DNA of 64,000 bases from a bacterium (GCA_965261595.1 CBDHDG010000006.1:1-64000), one strand, 5' to 3'; positions 43,012 to 55,393 are shown, numbered from the stretch's first letter. Program-made: numbers and translations. The notes: generated from the letters alone by a model not told the origin.

Positions 43012-45364
43012 GTGGACGACCTGTGAGAGAGTTTCTGACGGAAAGCAACGAGAATCTATCGCGGCTCAACCAGAAAATCGTCGAGATCGAAAAGTCGCCG
43101 GACGACATGGAGATTCTCAACAACATCTTCCGAACGATCCACACCATCAAGGGAACGTGCGGGTTCCTGGGCTTGGAGAGGCTTGGGTCGGTCGCCCATG
43201 CCGCCGAGAGCGTCCTGGACCAGGCCCGGGACGGACGCCTCGCGATGGACCCCCGGACCGTGACCCTCGTTCTGGCGGCCGTGGATCTGATCACATCGAT
43301 CCTCGAGGGAATAGAACAAACCGAGGAGGAGCCCACCGGCGACGACGCCGAATTGATCGGCAGACTCGAGGCGCTCCTCCAGGACGGCGCCGAGACTGAA
43401 GAATCGGAGATTCATGAGGACCCGGTGGTGAGATCGCCGGATGAAATTCTTGAGGAAATCTCGGCCGCCGTCAAAACCGGGCTGGAAGAATCCGAGGCCC
43501 TGAAAACCGTCGCCGACGCGCAAGATTCCATTGAAAACGAGATCCGGGAGCAGCTGAACGGAGAGGCCGAGCAGGCACCGGAGGAGCCGGCGCAGGTCGG
43601 GGCCGTTCCTGAAACCCAGACATCCACCAAGGTCAGTAAGGGCAACGGCGCTTCGAGCAAGGGCAACGTGAGCAATCAGACGCTTCGCGTCAACGTCGAT
43701 GTCCTCGACAGCCTCATGAACATGGTCGGAGAGCTGGTCCTTTCCCGGAACCAACTCCTTCAGCTCACCCAGACAGACGGCGAGTCCGTCTACGCCAACT
43801 CTGTTCAACACCTCAACCGGGTGACCTCGGACGTGCAGGAAGGCGTCATGAAGACGCGGATGCAGCCCATCGGCAACGCCTGGGCCAAGCTGCCGCGCCT
43901 CGTGCGGGACCTCAGCCAGTCGCAGAACAAGAAAATCGACCTGGTGATGCACGGCGCCGAGACGGAGCTGGACCGCCAGCTCCTGGAAGTCATCCAGGAT
44001 CCCCTGACCCACATCGTCCGCAATTCGGCCGACCACGGCATCGAGGGCCCCGAGGCGCGCCTCCAGGCCGGAAAGCCCGAAACGGGCACAGTCACCCTGA
44101 ACGCCTACCAGGAGAGCGGCCACATCGTCATCGAAGTCGCCGACGATGGCGCCGGAATCAACGTGGAGAAGGTGCGTCAGAAGGCCGTTCAGCAGGGTTT
44201 GGTGGAGGAGGAAGCCGCCAAGGACCTGCCTGAGGCTCAGCTCCTCCAGTTCCTTTTCGCGCCGGGCTTTTCCACGGCGGAGAAGGTCACCGCCGTCTCC
44301 GGCCGGGGTGTCGGGATGGACGTCGTCCAAAGCAACATCGAAAAGATCGGCGGAACGGTCGACATCCGCAACAAGCATGGCCAGGGCACGACGCTCAAGA
44401 TCAAGATCCCCCTAACCCTGGCCATCATTCCGGCCCTCATGGTGGAAAGCGGCGGCAACCAGTACGCCATTCCCCAGGTCAACCTGATGGAGCTGGTCCG
44501 GCTGGAGGGGGAGCGAGCCGCCAAGGGAGTTGAAATGGTTCACGGCGCTCCGGTCTATCGCCTGCGGGGCAACCTCCTGCCCCTGGTGGACCTGAACCGG
44601 GAGCTGATGATCGAAGACGAGACCGCCCAGGAGGGGACGAACGGTTCATCGGGCGCCGAGACGATCAGCATCGTCGTCCTTCAGGCCGACGACCGGCAGT
44701 TTGGACTGGTGGTGGATGGGACCAACGACACCGAGGAGATCGTCGTGAAGCCCCTGGGAAAACTCCTGAAGGGGATCCCCCTCTTCGCCAGCGCGACCAT
44801 CATGGGCGACGGGAGGGTGGCGTTGATCCTGGACGTCCTGGGCATCGCCCAGCGGGCCAACGTGATTTCCGAGAATCGGGACCGTTCGAAGTCGGACACG
44901 ACGGTCCGCGCCGGAGACACCTCCCGGGAGGTCCAGACACTGCTCCTCATCCGCGCCGGCCAAGACGGGCGGATGGCCATCCCCCTCTCTCAAGTCGCCC
45001 GGTTGGAGGAGTTTCCCCGGCACACCATCGAGCGGGCGGGAATCAAGACGTGGTGCAGTACCGGAACGAGATCCTCCCGTTGATCCTGCTCTCCGGATTC
45101 CAGCCTTCCGCTTCATCCGACGAGGCCGATCAGGGCAAATCCGTCAAGGCGGTAGTCTACTCCGACCACGGCCGGAGCGTGGGCATCGTCGTGGACCAAA
45201 TCATCGACATTGTCAAAGAGACGATCTCCATCGAGCGGAGATCCCAAACCTCGGGCGTGATCGGATCCGCCATCATTCAGGGGAACGTCACAGACCTGAT
45301 CGACGTGGAAGGCGTCATCCGCGGGGCCGATCCCACGTTCTTCGAGCAGGCCGCGCCCGCATAA
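43012..45364 (+). CDS. cheA: Chemotaxis kinase CheA with two CheW domains; frameshifts near 43023 and 45040
   Basis: RBS AAGGAGA + GTG 43012; FRTIHTIKG, RNSADHG, GFST, SGRGVGMDVV, PLTLAI. Confidence 0.93.
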
Positions 45365-45392
45365 GAATCAGGTGAAAATGAGGATGGAAACC

Positions 45393-45842
45393 ATGAAAGA
45401 ACAGCAACAGTTCTGCACGTTTTTTGTGGACGACCTCTATTTCGGCGTGGACGTGCAGAAGGTCCAGGAGGTCATCCGCTACCAGAACATGACCCGCGTG
45501 CCTCTGGCGCCCCGGGAAGTCCGGGGACTGATCAACCTGCGCGGCCAGATCGTCACGGCCGTCGATCTGCGCCGCCGGTTGAGCCTGGGTGAACACCCCG
45601 AGGACCAACTCCCGATGAACGTCGTTGTCCGCAACGACGACGGGGTGGTCAGCCTGCTCGTCGACGAAATCGGTGACGTCCTGGATGTCGATGAGGACAC
45701 CTTCGAGCCCCCTCCGGAGACCCTCGACGGCCTCGCCCGCGAGTTGATTCGGGGGGCCTACAAGCTCGAGGGGCGCCTCTTGCTGGAATTGGATACCGAT
45801 AAAACGATCGCCCTGAACGGCGAAACGGCGCCAAGCGGATGA
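45393..45842 (+). CDS. cheW: CheW
   Basis: VQEVI, TRVPLAP, GLINLRGQIVT, LLVDEIGDV. Confidence 0.93.
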   Translation: MKEQQQFCTFFVDDLYFGVDVQKVQEVIRYQNMTRVPLAPREVRGLINLRGQIVTAVDLRRRLSLGEHPEDQLPMNVVVRNDDGVVSLLVDEIGDVLDVDEDTFEPPPETLDGLARELIRGAYKLEGRLLLELDTDKTIALNGETAPSG

Positions 45843-45984
45843 AATGCGCGAACCCGCAAAGCGTCTTCTTCTCCAAAGGCCCCTTGGAGGACCCCCACCC
45901 CTGAGCCGATGCGGCTTCAGGAATGACGAGACCCAGCCGCTCATGCACGTCTGGGACGGAAAAACCCGAAAGGAGAATGGGAAG

Positions 45985-46917
45985 ATGACCTCGAGAAAAT
46001 CTTTTTTGCAGGTGGGCGTCGCCTGGTTCGCCGGAGCGATCCTCCTGGCCGGCCTGAGCGGCTGCGACGGGAGCCGCGAGCCCAAATCGGAGACCCGAAA
46101 GCAGCGGTCGTCGATCCTGGACAAGATCCAGCTGGGCGGTGTCGTCAAGGCCTCCATCGGACATGGCGCCGAGAAGGCCTCCACCGGATATCGTCCCGAG
46201 AAGGCCAGCGCCAATGGCGCGAAGAAAGGGAGCGGCGGGTTTCCGGACCGGGGACTGGTCCGCAAGAACGTACCGGCCGACTTCAATCCGGACATCGAGT
46301 CCCCCCGCGTCCATGCCTCCGCCTGGGTCGACCCCCTCTCGAGCGTGATCGGAAACGTCGAGATCGGGCGGCGCGTCTACCTGGCGCCCTTCAGCTCCGT
46401 GCGCGGGGATGAAGGTCAGCCGATCCACATCGGCAACGAGTCCAACCTCCAGGACGGCGTCGTCATCCACGCCCTGGAGACCGTCGCGTACGGAAAGCCC
46501 GTCTGGAAGAACACTTACGCGGTCAATGATCGGCGATACGCCGTCTACATCGGCGACCGCGTCTCCCTGGCCCATCAGTCCCACGTCCACGGACCCGCCT
46601 ACATCGAGGATGACGTCTTCGTCGGCATGCAGGCCATGGTCTTCATGTCCCACGTCGGCCGGGGAAGCGTCATCGAGCCGGGGGCCAAGGTGATGGGCGT
46701 CTCGATCCCGCCGGGAAGATACGTCAAAATCGGAAGCATCGTGGCCGACCAGAAGACCGCCGACAACCTTCCGGAGATCACCGAATCTTACCAGTTCCGC
46801 AACATCAACAAGGCGGTGGTCCACGTGAACACGAGTCTCGCGGACGGCTACTCCGGACGCGGCTCGAAGAAGGGCCACGCCGCGAAGCCGGGCCCCGCCG
46901 CCAAGAAAAGCCATTAG
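45985..46917 (+). CDS. Gamma-class carbonic anhydrase (Cam-like), predicted exported lipoprotein
   Basis: SVRGDEG, NLQDGVVIHALE, LAHQSHVHGP, VVHVN; N-terminal SRKSFL + hydrophobic stretch + LSGC. Confidence 0.88.
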   Translation: MTSRKSFLQVGVAWFAGAILLAGLSGCDGSREPKSETRKQRSSILDKIQLGGVVKASIGHGAEKASTGYRPEKASANGAKKGSGGFPDRGLVRKNVPADFNPDIESPRVHASAWVDPLSSVIGNVEIGRRVYLAPFSSVRGDEGQPIHIGNESNLQDGVVIHALETVAYGKPVWKNTYAVNDRRYAVYIGDRVSLAHQSHVHGPAYIEDDVFVGMQAMVFMSHVGRGSVIEPGAKVMGVSIPPGRYVKIGSIVADQKTADNLPEITESYQFRNINKAVVHVNTSLADGYSGRGSKKGHAAKPGPAAKKSH

Positions 46918-46950
46918 GCCATCAAACCGGAATATAAGGAGAGAAGATCG

Positions 46951-48687
46951 ATGCGGATGAACCTGACATTACGGAAGCAGCTCCTCGGCGCGTTCGGGCT
47001 GGAGTTAATCCTGTTCATAGGGCTCACTATCTTCATGCTCTGGGAGATGGGGGGGATCAACGACCACGTGGTCACGCTCCATGACAAAAACCTCCTGCCC
47101 CTCCAGGCCGCCGCCGAGGCGAACATCGAGCTGCTTGAGACGGACAAGTACCTGCTGGAGATCATCATCGAGGAGGACGCGAATAAACGCCGAGGCTTAG
47201 AGGAAAAGATGGCCCATGCCGAAAAGGCCATGTTCAAGTTCCTCAAAAAGCTCGAGGCGAGCGCGGACCGGGAGGAGCTCGAAGCGCTCGAGGCCTTTAC
47301 GGTTCCCTACCAGACCTGGGTGGGCGTCCGAAAGCGCGCCGTCGCGCTGGCGGATGCGGACAAACTCAAAGACGCCCAGCACCTCATCGAGAAAGAAGCG
47401 GAAGCACCCTTCGAGCAAGCGGACAAGATTCTGACCGGCATCATTCACCACAACGAGGAGCGTGCGGAAAAGACGTACCAAGAAAGCAGGCGGGACTACG
47501 ACCAAGTCCGATTGCTCACGCTCATGGCTTTCGCGACGGCTATCGGCCTTCTTGTAGCGATCCTGTTGACGAGAAAGATATTGACCGCAATCAGGGAGAT
47601 CGGGGAAGTCGCGGACCGCATGGCAGACGGAGACCTCACCGACTCGGAGTCCATCAGGAAGCTCACCACCCGCTCCAACGATGAGATCAGCCAAATGGCC
47701 ACGGCTCTCCAAAAGGCCATTGGGGCGATGCGATCAGCCATCCAAAGAATCGCCCAGAACGCCCAAGCCCTGACCGCGTCCTCCGAGCAAATGGGATCCG
47801 CCAGCCAACAGATGGCCGCTAACTCGGAGGAGACCTCCGCTCAGGCCAACTCCGTCTCGGCGGCCTCCGAGGAAGTCAGCCGAAACCTTCAAACGGTCGC
47901 CAACGCCGCCGAGGAGATGGGCGCCAGCATCAAGGAGGTCGCCCAAAACGCCGGCGAGGCCGCCCGCGTGGCCACCTCCGCCGTCTCGGTCGCCGATTCC
48001 ACCAATGAAAAAGTCGCCCGGCTCGGGGAGAGCAGCGCCGAGATCGGCAAGGTCATCAATTCCATCGCCGAGCAGACCAACTTGCTGGCGCTCAACGCCA
48101 CCATCGAAGCGGCCCGGGCCGGAGAGGCCGGCAAAGGGTTTGCCGTCGTCGCCAACGAGGTGAAAGAACTGGCCAAGCAGACCGCCCGGGCCACCGAGGA
48201 CATCAGCAAAAAGGTCGAGGCCATCCAGACCGATGCCTCGGGAGCCGTGGAGGCCATCGGTCAAATCGGCGCCGTCATCAACCAGGTCAATGATATCTCA
48301 AGCACCATCGCCGGCGCCGTTGAGGAACAAAGCGCGACGACGCAGGAAATCGGCCGGAATGTCGCCGAGGCGGCCAAAGGCAGCACTGAGATCGCCGAGA
48401 ATATCGCACGCGTGGCCGGGGCCTCCAATTCCACTTCGGACGGCACCACCGAGATCCAGGGCGTGACGAACGAGCTGTCCCGCATAGGGGCGGGGCTTCA
48501 GCAACTCATCGCGCAGTTCAACTTCGGCGACGATCAGGCAAGCGCTCCGCGAAAGGCGGTCGAGAAGAAACATGAAATTGCGGCCGGCCCACAACCTTCT
48601 TTGAAGGCGGAGCACGTCGTTGTCGCTCCGGACTACCGCCTACCCGCAATGATCGCGAGCGAACTCGCTTCGAACGGGGACAGCTAA
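46951..48687 (+). CDS. Methyl-accepting chemotaxis protein (4-helix-bundle sensor, HAMP)
   Basis: Two TMs; [37 protein letters not shown]. Confidence 0.95.
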   Translation: MRMNLTLRKQLLGAFGLELILFIGLTIFMLWEMGGINDHVVTLHDKNLLPLQAAAEANIELLETDKYLLEIIIEEDANKRRGLEEKMAHAEKAMFKFLKKLEASADREELEALEAFTVPYQTWVGVRKRAVALADADKLKDAQHLIEKEAEAPFEQADKILTGIIHHNEERAEKTYQESRRDYDQVRLLTLMAFATAIGLLVAILLTRKILTAIREIGEVADRMADGDLTDSESIRKLTTRSNDEISQMATALQKAIGAMRSAIQRIAQNAQALTASSEQMGSASQQMAANSEETSAQANSVSAASEEVSRNLQTVANAAEEMGASIKEVAQNAGEAARVATSAVSVADSTNEKVARLGESSAEIGKVINSIAEQTNLLALNATIEAARAGEAGKGFAVVANEVKELAKQTARATEDISKKVEAIQTDASGAVEAIGQIGAVINQVNDISSTIAGAVEEQSATTQEIGRNVAEAAKGSTEIAENIARVAGASNSTSDGTTEIQGVTNELSRIGAGLQQLIAQFNFGDDQASAPRKAVEKKHEIAAGPQPSLKAEHVVVAPDYRLPAMIASELASNGDS

Positions 48688-49011
48688 GGCCGGAGTTGCC
48701 CGAAGCCGTCATAGGCCGGGCGGTGACGCCCTGCTGGCTTATGCCTGCTTCGGCCGCATCCGGTGTGAGTTCGCGCCGATAGGCGACGGGCTCACACCTC
48801 GCCAAGAGTTCGGAGCGTGGAAACCGGGGATGAGAACCTCGAGCCGGATTGCACGGGATCGTCCGAGACGAGGGCGGTCACGTCGTTTTCCTCCGGACAA
48901 AGTACATTGCGGCGATTCTCTGGCTGGCAAACGACTTTCGGGCCAGCCGGGCAACAGGAGTCAATGAGTCCATGCAAGTTGGCCTGAGAATCACACCGCC
49001 CAGAGAAACCC

Positions 49012-50226
49012 ATGAATGCCCCTTCCACGCTGTCGCCGTTCGCCATGAGTGAAGCGCGCGACTCAGGGATCGAACAAAGCCGGCTCGCGACCCGAATTGC
49101 CCACGCCAAGGCTGAATGGGAGGCGACCGTGGACGCAGTGTCAGCCCCAATCGCCCTGCTCGACCATGCGGACATCGTGGTCCGATGCAACCGCGCCCTG
49201 GGACGCCTTGCCGGGCGCGATCTGCGTAAATGCCTGGGCCGGCGCTGGGCCGATTTGTTCCCCGGCCTGCCGCTTCCCATGCCCGGAGACCTTCCGCTGG
49301 AATGGACTCACCCTCCTTCCGGCCGGACCTTCTTCCTGACCAATCGATCTGTCGAAACATCGGACGGAGACGCGGACCCGAAGAAGGTGGTGGCGATGAT
49401 GGACATTTCGGCGCAGCGTCGGAAGGAGGTCGAGGTGATGGCGCGCGTCGACCGCTGGGCCACCCTGGGCGCGCTGGCCATGACCACCGCACATGAGATC
49501 AACAATCCGCTGGCGGGTCTGCGCCTGCAAGCCAACAACCTCGAAACCCTGATCCCGCCCTATCTGGAAGATCCCCCCGGGGGGGCGTCGGACGGACCCC
49601 CCGACCGAGCCAACCTGCGGCGCCAGGTTTCCGAGTGCCTGTCGGGGATCCTCTCCGCGTCGGAGCGCATCGGCGCCATCGTCGACGAATTGCGCCGGTT
49701 CGGCCGCCCGCAGGACGCCCCCGCGAAACCGGTTGATGTCCGGGAAGTGGTCAAATCGGCGCTCATGCTGCTCGGGCCGAAACTCAAAAACATCCGGGTG
49801 ACGACAAACCTCGCGGCTGAACTGACGCCGATCATGGCCAATCCCATCAAGGTCGAACAAGTCCTCATCAACCTGATTTCCAACGCCGCGGACGCCTTCG
49901 ACGAAAACGGCGGCCGTGAGAGAAGGGATCTCTCCATCTCGGCCGTCGACCGCCGGGGAGGGGTCACCCTGGAAGTGGCCGACACCGCGGGGGGGATTCC
50001 TCCAGACGTTGCGGACAAGATCTTCAAAACCTACGTCAGCACCAAACCGGTCGAGCGGGAGACCGGACTCGGTCTGATGATCACCCGGGCGAATGTTCAG
50101 GCTCTCGGCGGCGAGATCACATTCACCACACAACCGGAGCGGGGAACAACGTTCACCATTTTCCTTCCCCGCTCCGAAGTCCCCAACCAGGAGAGTGCCC
50201 ATGACCGCACCGATTCTCATCGTTGA
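49012..50226 (+). CDS. PAS sensor histidine kinase
   Basis: WEATVDAV, AHEINNPL, QVLINLISNA, DTAGGI, TGLGL. Confidence 0.88.
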   Translation: MNAPSTLSPFAMSEARDSGIEQSRLATRIAHAKAEWEATVDAVSAPIALLDHADIVVRCNRALGRLAGRDLRKCLGRRWADLFPGLPLPMPGDLPLEWTHPPSGRTFFLTNRSVETSDGDADPKKVVAMMDISAQRRKEVEVMARVDRWATLGALAMTTAHEINNPLAGLRLQANNLETLIPPYLEDPPGGASDGPPDRANLRRQVSECLSGILSASERIGAIVDELRRFGRPQDAPAKPVDVREVVKSALMLLGPKLKNIRVTTNLAAELTPIMANPIKVEQVLINLISNAADAFDENGGRERRDLSISAVDRRGGVTLEVADTAGGIPPDVADKIFKTYVSTKPVERETGLGLMITRANVQALGGEITFTTQPERGTTFTIFLPRSEVPNQESAHDRTDSHR

Positions 50227-50632
50227 CGGCGATCCGGATCTGCTGAGCGCGCTCAATACATTCCTGGAGCTCAGAGGGTTTCAGGCGGATGCCGAGCCCG
50301 ATCCCCGACGGGCCGCCGAGCGCATCCGGGAGGGAGACTATCGCGTGGCCCTTTTGGACATCGTCATGCCGGAGATGGATGGTCTCGAGCTGCTCCAGAT
50401 CATTCGCAGGGAGCGGCCGGAGATTGAGGTCGTCATGCTCACGGCCAACAGCACCCGGCAGCGGGTTTGGGCCGCCCGGGAGTTGGGCGCGGCCGATTTC
50501 GTCCTGAAACCGTTTTCCGACTTCGAGATGACCGGTCACGTCGTGATGCTGGCCCTGGAGCGGTCCAACCGCTGGCTCGATGTCATCCAAAAGAGTCCAT
50601 CCGAACCCTGGCAGGAGGTTTCTCTGAAATGA
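50201..50632 (+). CDS. Response regulator receiver protein
   Basis: ILIVDGD, LLDIVMPEMDG, MLT, VLKPF. Confidence 0.85.
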   Translation: MTAPILIVDGDPDLLSALNTFLELRGFQADAEPDPRRAAERIREGDYRVALLDIVMPEMDGLELLQIIRRERPEIEVVMLTANSTRQRVWAARELGAADFVLKPFSDFEMTGHVVMLALERSNRWLDVIQKSPSEPWQEVSLK

Positions 50633-50996
50633 AGGCTCTGCTCATCGTTGAAGATTCCAAGTCCATCCGCACCGCCATCCGCCGCATCCTCGAGCCCCTC
50701 GGCTTCCAGGTCAGCGAGGCGGCCGACGGCGAGGAGGCGCTGGCGCACTGCACGAACAACGGCCTGCCCGACGGCATCCTGCTCGACATTGACATGCCGG
50801 TCATGGACGGCATCACCTTTCTCAAGGCGATACGCCAAAACCAGAGTTACGACGGGGCATCGGTCATCATGTGTACAACGCACAACTCCCTCGAAAAGAT
50901 CACCGAGGCCATGGAAGCCGGCGCCAACGAGTACGTCATGAAACCTTTCGACGAGGACATCATCCGCGGAAAACTCGAAGCGGGGGACTTCTCTGA
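50629..50996 (+). CDS. cheY: CheY-like response regulator (3' frameshift in a G run near 50985 extends the ORF to 51180)
   Basis: LIVEDS, LLDIDMPVMDG, MCTT, GANEYVMKPF; upstream of cheB. Confidence 0.85.
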
Positions 50997-52053
50997 TGAA
51001 TTCAACCCAAAAACCCATCCGCGTGATGGTGGTGGACGACTCCGCCGTCATCCGGGGCCTGCTCATAAGGCTTATCAGAAAAGAACCGGATATGTGCGTC
51101 AGCGCGACGTCTTCGAACGGACAATCCGCCCTGACCGCCCTGCGGACGAATCCGACCGACGTGGTCCTTCTGGACATTGAGATGCCCGTCCTGGACGGAC
51201 TCTCCACCATCCCCCACCTCCGGCGCGATTTTCCGCACGTCCACATCATCATGGTCAGCACCCTGACTCAAAAAGGGGCGCGGGAGACGATGCGGGCCCT
51301 GTCTTCGGGGGCGACCGACTACGTTTCCAAACCGACTTTGATGCAGAGTGGAAAGGGATTGCAGCAGATCGAGGACGATCTCTTGTCCAAGATCCGGGCC
51401 CTGAAGCCCCGGGCCTCGGAAACCCCCTTGGGTCAGTCGTACACCTTGCAGCCTCCGCCCGATCCCGCATGGACGCCTTGCGTCTTGGCGGTGGGCGCCA
51501 GCACGGGCGGGCCCAACGCCCTGGTGGAGCTGTTGTCGGCCCTGCCGAGCGCCATAACCTTGCCCATCCTCATCGTCCAGCACATGCCTCCCATCTTCAC
51601 GACCCTGCTCGCGGAGCGGCTGGGGAAAATCACCGGCCGGACCGCCCTGGAGGCCACCGAAGGCCGGACCATCGAGCCGGGCTGGATCTATGTCGCCCCT
51701 GGAGATCACCACATGATGGTGAGGGAGCGCGGAGGAGAACGGATCCTCCGGCTGAACCAGGCCGCCCGCGAGAACTTCTGCCGGCCCGCGGTGGACCCCC
51801 TCTTTCGTTCGGCGGCGGAGACCTACGGCCGGGAGGTTTTGTCCGTGGTCCTCACCGGCATGGGACAAGACGGTCAAAAAGGGAGCGAATCCATCATCCA
51901 CCACGGGGGGTCGTTCTGGCGCAAGACGAGGCAAGCAGCGTGGTCTGGGGGATGCCGGGCGCGATCGCGGAAGCCGGGCTCGCCACCGCCATACTCCCCC
52001 TTTCCGACCTCCCGTCCCACATCATGCGTTATTGCGAGGTGTCCGTCCGATGA
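50996..52053 (+). CDS. cheB: CheB methylesterase, frameshift in a G run near 51908
   Basis: REC domain; GASTGGP, VQHMP, RPAVD, LTGMG.DG, then [14 protein letters not shown] in the next frame. Confidence 0.93.
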
Positions 52054-52853
52054 AGCCTCAAGACTACGAGTTCCTGGTAGACCAAAGCGGGCTGTCCTTG
52101 AACGCGGAAAAGGAATATCTGATGACCAGCCGCCTGAACCCGGTGGCCGCTTCCCTCGGTCTCACCGATCTCGAGGGCCTCATCCGGCGTCTGAGGTTTC
52201 AAGCCGACCCCGACCTGGTCCGTACGGTCACCGAGGCCATGAACACCCATGAGTCCTACTTCTTCCGTGACGTCAAACCCTTCGACACCCTGCGGGAGGA
52301 CGTCCTGCCGACGCTCATGGAGGCGCGGCGGAAGACGAGCCGCCTGCGAATCTGGTGCGCCGCCTGTTCGACCGCCCAGGAGCCTTACTCGATTGCCATG
52401 TTGATCGCCGCGGACTTCCCCGAACTGAAAAACTGGCGGCCGGAGATCCTCGGGACCGACATTTACAAGAAAATTCTCGATCGAGCCAGCGCCGGTCTGT
52501 ATAGCCACCTGGAGGTTCAACGGGGCCTTCCGGTGACCATGCTGGTCCGGTTTTTCCGTCAATGTGGCCGGGACTGGCAGATTGACCCGAAAATCCGTGA
52601 GATGGTCGACTTTAAGCAGGTCAACCTCCTTGAGCCGTACACAAATCTGGGCCAATTCGACGTCATTTTCTGTCGAAATGTCCTCATCTACTTCGACGGA
52701 ACCACCAAAACCGATGTACTGAATCGCATGGCGCGGGCCCTCGCGCCGGATGGCTATCTTTTCCTCGGCGGCGCCGAGACGGTGCTGGGACTTTCATCCG
52801 AGTTCGAGCGAAACGATTCAAGGGGGTTGTACTATAAAAAACGCCAAACCTAG
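52050..52853 (+). CDS. cheR: CheR methyltransferase
   Basis: [39 protein letters not shown]. Confidence 0.95.
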   Translation: MKPQDYEFLVDQSGLSLNAEKEYLMTSRLNPVAASLGLTDLEGLIRRLRFQADPDLVRTVTEAMNTHESYFFRDVKPFDTLREDVLPTLMEARRKTSRLRIWCAACSTAQEPYSIAMLIAADFPELKNWRPEILGTDIYKKILDRASAGLYSHLEVQRGLPVTMLVRFFRQCGRDWQIDPKIREMVDFKQVNLLEPYTNLGQFDVIFCRNVLIYFDGTTKTDVLNRMARALAPDGYLFLGGAETVLGLSSEFERNDSRGLYYKKRQT

Positions 52854-53089
52854 GTCCCATCATCCGGCACCAAGCAAGAAGCCGCCGCCGGCTAAACGCA
52901 AATCCCGCTTGACCCGTGAAATCACTCCGATTCTTCCTTCATACCCAATTGTTCGGGATTGGGCGCCAAAGGAAAGGCTTTTCATTGAAATCATTTAAAG
53001 GTACAATCGACTAGGTGATAACACCTAGCTCCTTAGTCCGGTATTTTTAGAGGCGGATCCCGCCCCAGGAGGGCTCAAGGCATGGCGAA

Positions 53090-54532
53090 GAGGGTGTCCC
53101 GAATTCAGTTGAAGGTTTGAGGCGGCGGTCCGTGTGTGGTTCACCTTATGCGACCTCCTCTCGGGTGTCAAAGCGGGGCTCGTCCAGAACGGCCTTCAGG
53201 ATCCACAGGTCCCGGTAGCCGTCCAGGCGACGGAAGTTCTTCTCGGTGGCGAGGAAGGCGGAAGCGGCCCACCTTTTCACCATCGCCCCGTCCCGCCAGC
53301 GGCCGACGCGCCGGGTGCGCATCCGCACCCCCGAACAGGGACTCTCGATCAGGTTCGTGCTCACCAGGCAGCGCCGAAGGCCGGGCGGAAGAGCCAAGCG
53401 GTTGACGGTGAAGATCTCCTCCAGACCCTCCAAAAGGCTGGCGGCCGCGTCCGGATGCTCGATCTGAAGCCACCGGGCCTGCTTGCGCAGACGGGCAATC
53501 CCCTCCTTCGGCGCCAGCCGCCAGGCCGCCTTCATCGTCGCCTTCACCGGATCCTTCAACTCCTCGGGCAGGTGGTCCATCACGTTCTTCACCTTGTGGT
53601 TGCGGCACCGCTGCACCGGATTGTCGTCCCCGTACACCCGGTCAATCGCCGCACGAAGCGCCCTCGAGCCGTCGATGACAAAAAGCCGACGCCGCCCGGG
53701 CCGCACGCCGCGCTCCACCAACTCCTCAAGAAGCGCCGTCACGACCGTGGCGTTCTCGGTGGCGCCCGACCTCAGGCCCAGAACGTGCTTTTGGCCCCGT
53801 GTGTCCACCCCAACGGCCACGATGACGTGATGCGCGCCGAAGCGCAGACCGTCCAGGTAGAGGATGAGGAGGTCGATGTCGTCAAAACGCCGCTCACAAA
53901 GACGCCGCAGCTTCGCCTCGGCCGCCTCGATGCTCTCCCGGCTCACGGCCGACTTCGACACCCCCACCGTCTCGGCCAGCTCGGGAAGAACGGCCGCGTA
54001 GTTCCGCGTCGAGACCCCTCGCATCAGCAAATCCAGCATCCGCTCCCCCAGCCCGGGGTCGGCCTGCATGGCCGCATACGCCGGCACCTCCACCTCCCCG
54101 CCCCGACCCTGGCCCCGGCGGCGAAGCCGCGGCTTTCTCACCTTCAGCTTGCGCCCCTTCAGGGTCACCCGGCCCCCCTGGCTGCCGTGCCGGCGGACCT
54201 CGCCACCCCGCTTGCCTGGATGCGGCGCGCCCGTCAAGCCCTTGGCCGACAGCAAAAGCACGGCCTCCAGGCCCGCCCGGCCCATGACGTCCATCAGGTC
54301 CTCCACCGCCAGTTGGGACTGCTCCACCAGCGACACCAGAGGAAAAAACGCCTGCCCATGCTCCGCCACAAAGGCGGCCAACCTTTGGGTCTCTTTCTTC
54401 TCGATGATCTGGTAAGCTTCACTCATGGCGGTTCCTCCTCTTTGAATGTTTGCCAACCCGATTCTAACCGAGTCGGCAGGAGTGAACCGCCACCTCTTTT
54501 TCTCAACCTTCAACTATGAATGGGACAGGCTC
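53090..54532 (-). mobile_element. IS256-family element, intact transposase 54426-53146
   Basis: IRs GAGGGTGTCCCGAATTCAGTTGAAGGT / reverse complement GAGCCTGTCCCATTCATAGTTGAAGGT; direct repeat TGGCGAA (53083-53089, 54533-54539); YLDG, VIDG, QRC..HK, STNLIES. Confidence 0.95.
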
Positions 54533-55275
54533 TGGCGAACGCGGGGCGCGTCCTCATTGCTGATGATGAAGAAACGATTCTCGAATTAACGGCCGAGGTG
54601 CTGCGCCAGGAAGGATACGAGTGCGATTGCTCCCCGGACGCCCTCATGGCGACGCAACTGCTCGAGAGGGCAGCGTACGACTTGGTGATCACCGACATTC
54701 AGATGCCCGGCAACTCGAACCTGGAGTTCGTCAAGAGGATTCCGCATCTTGCCGAGGGGGTGCCCGTCATCCTGGTAACCGGCTATCCATCGCTGAATTC
54801 CGCGATGGAGTCGATTCAGCTGCCTGTGGTGGCCTACCTGATCAAACCGGTGGATTTCGAGTTGTTGTTGGAGAAGGCCCGGGTTGCGGTGAAGGGTTTC
54901 CAGGCCTTTCAGACCGCCCGCGAGATGCGCCGGCTTGTGCAGAGATGGAAGGATGACCTTTCCGAGGTCGAGGACGCGTTGAAAATCCCTTCCCCATCCG
55001 CCGCCTCGACCACCCCCATCGACGCCTTCCTTCAACTGACGTTTCAAAACATTGTCGGCTCCCTGTCCAACATCATGCGCCTGTCCGGAACCCTCGCCGC
55101 CGACAAAGGACTCACCGAAGCCTGCCACATCCTCAATTGCCCCAGACATCGGGATTTGAACGAGGCCCTGGGGGAGACCATCGAGGTCCTGAAAAAACCG
55201 AAAGCCGCGCTCAAGTCCAAGGAGTTGGGGACGCTGCGCGCGAAGCTGGAACAACTCCTCCGGAACGAGAGATGA
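54520..55275 (+). CDS. Response regulator with helical C-terminal domain; native start at 53082 separated by IS256
   Basis: VLIADDE, ITDIQMPG, VTGYPS, YLIKP. Confidence 0.85.
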   Translation: MGQALANAGRVLIADDEETILELTAEVLRQEGYECDCSPDALMATQLLERAAYDLVITDIQMPGNSNLEFVKRIPHLAEGVPVILVTGYPSLNSAMESIQLPVVAYLIKPVDFELLLEKARVAVKGFQAFQTAREMRRLVQRWKDDLSEVEDALKIPSPSAASTTPIDAFLQLTFQNIVGSLSNIMRLSGTLAADKGLTEACHILNCPRHRDLNEALGETIEVLKKPKAALKSKELGTLRAKLEQLLRNER

Positions 55276-55393
55276 AGAAGCCGGCCGCCCCGGTTTTCCG
55301 TTCGGCGACGCTGTCGATTTGAACGGCCTCTCTACGAGGGGGCGCCCTCCAAGAGGGGACGCCCTCCGAGAGAGCCTCCACCCCCCCTCCCCC

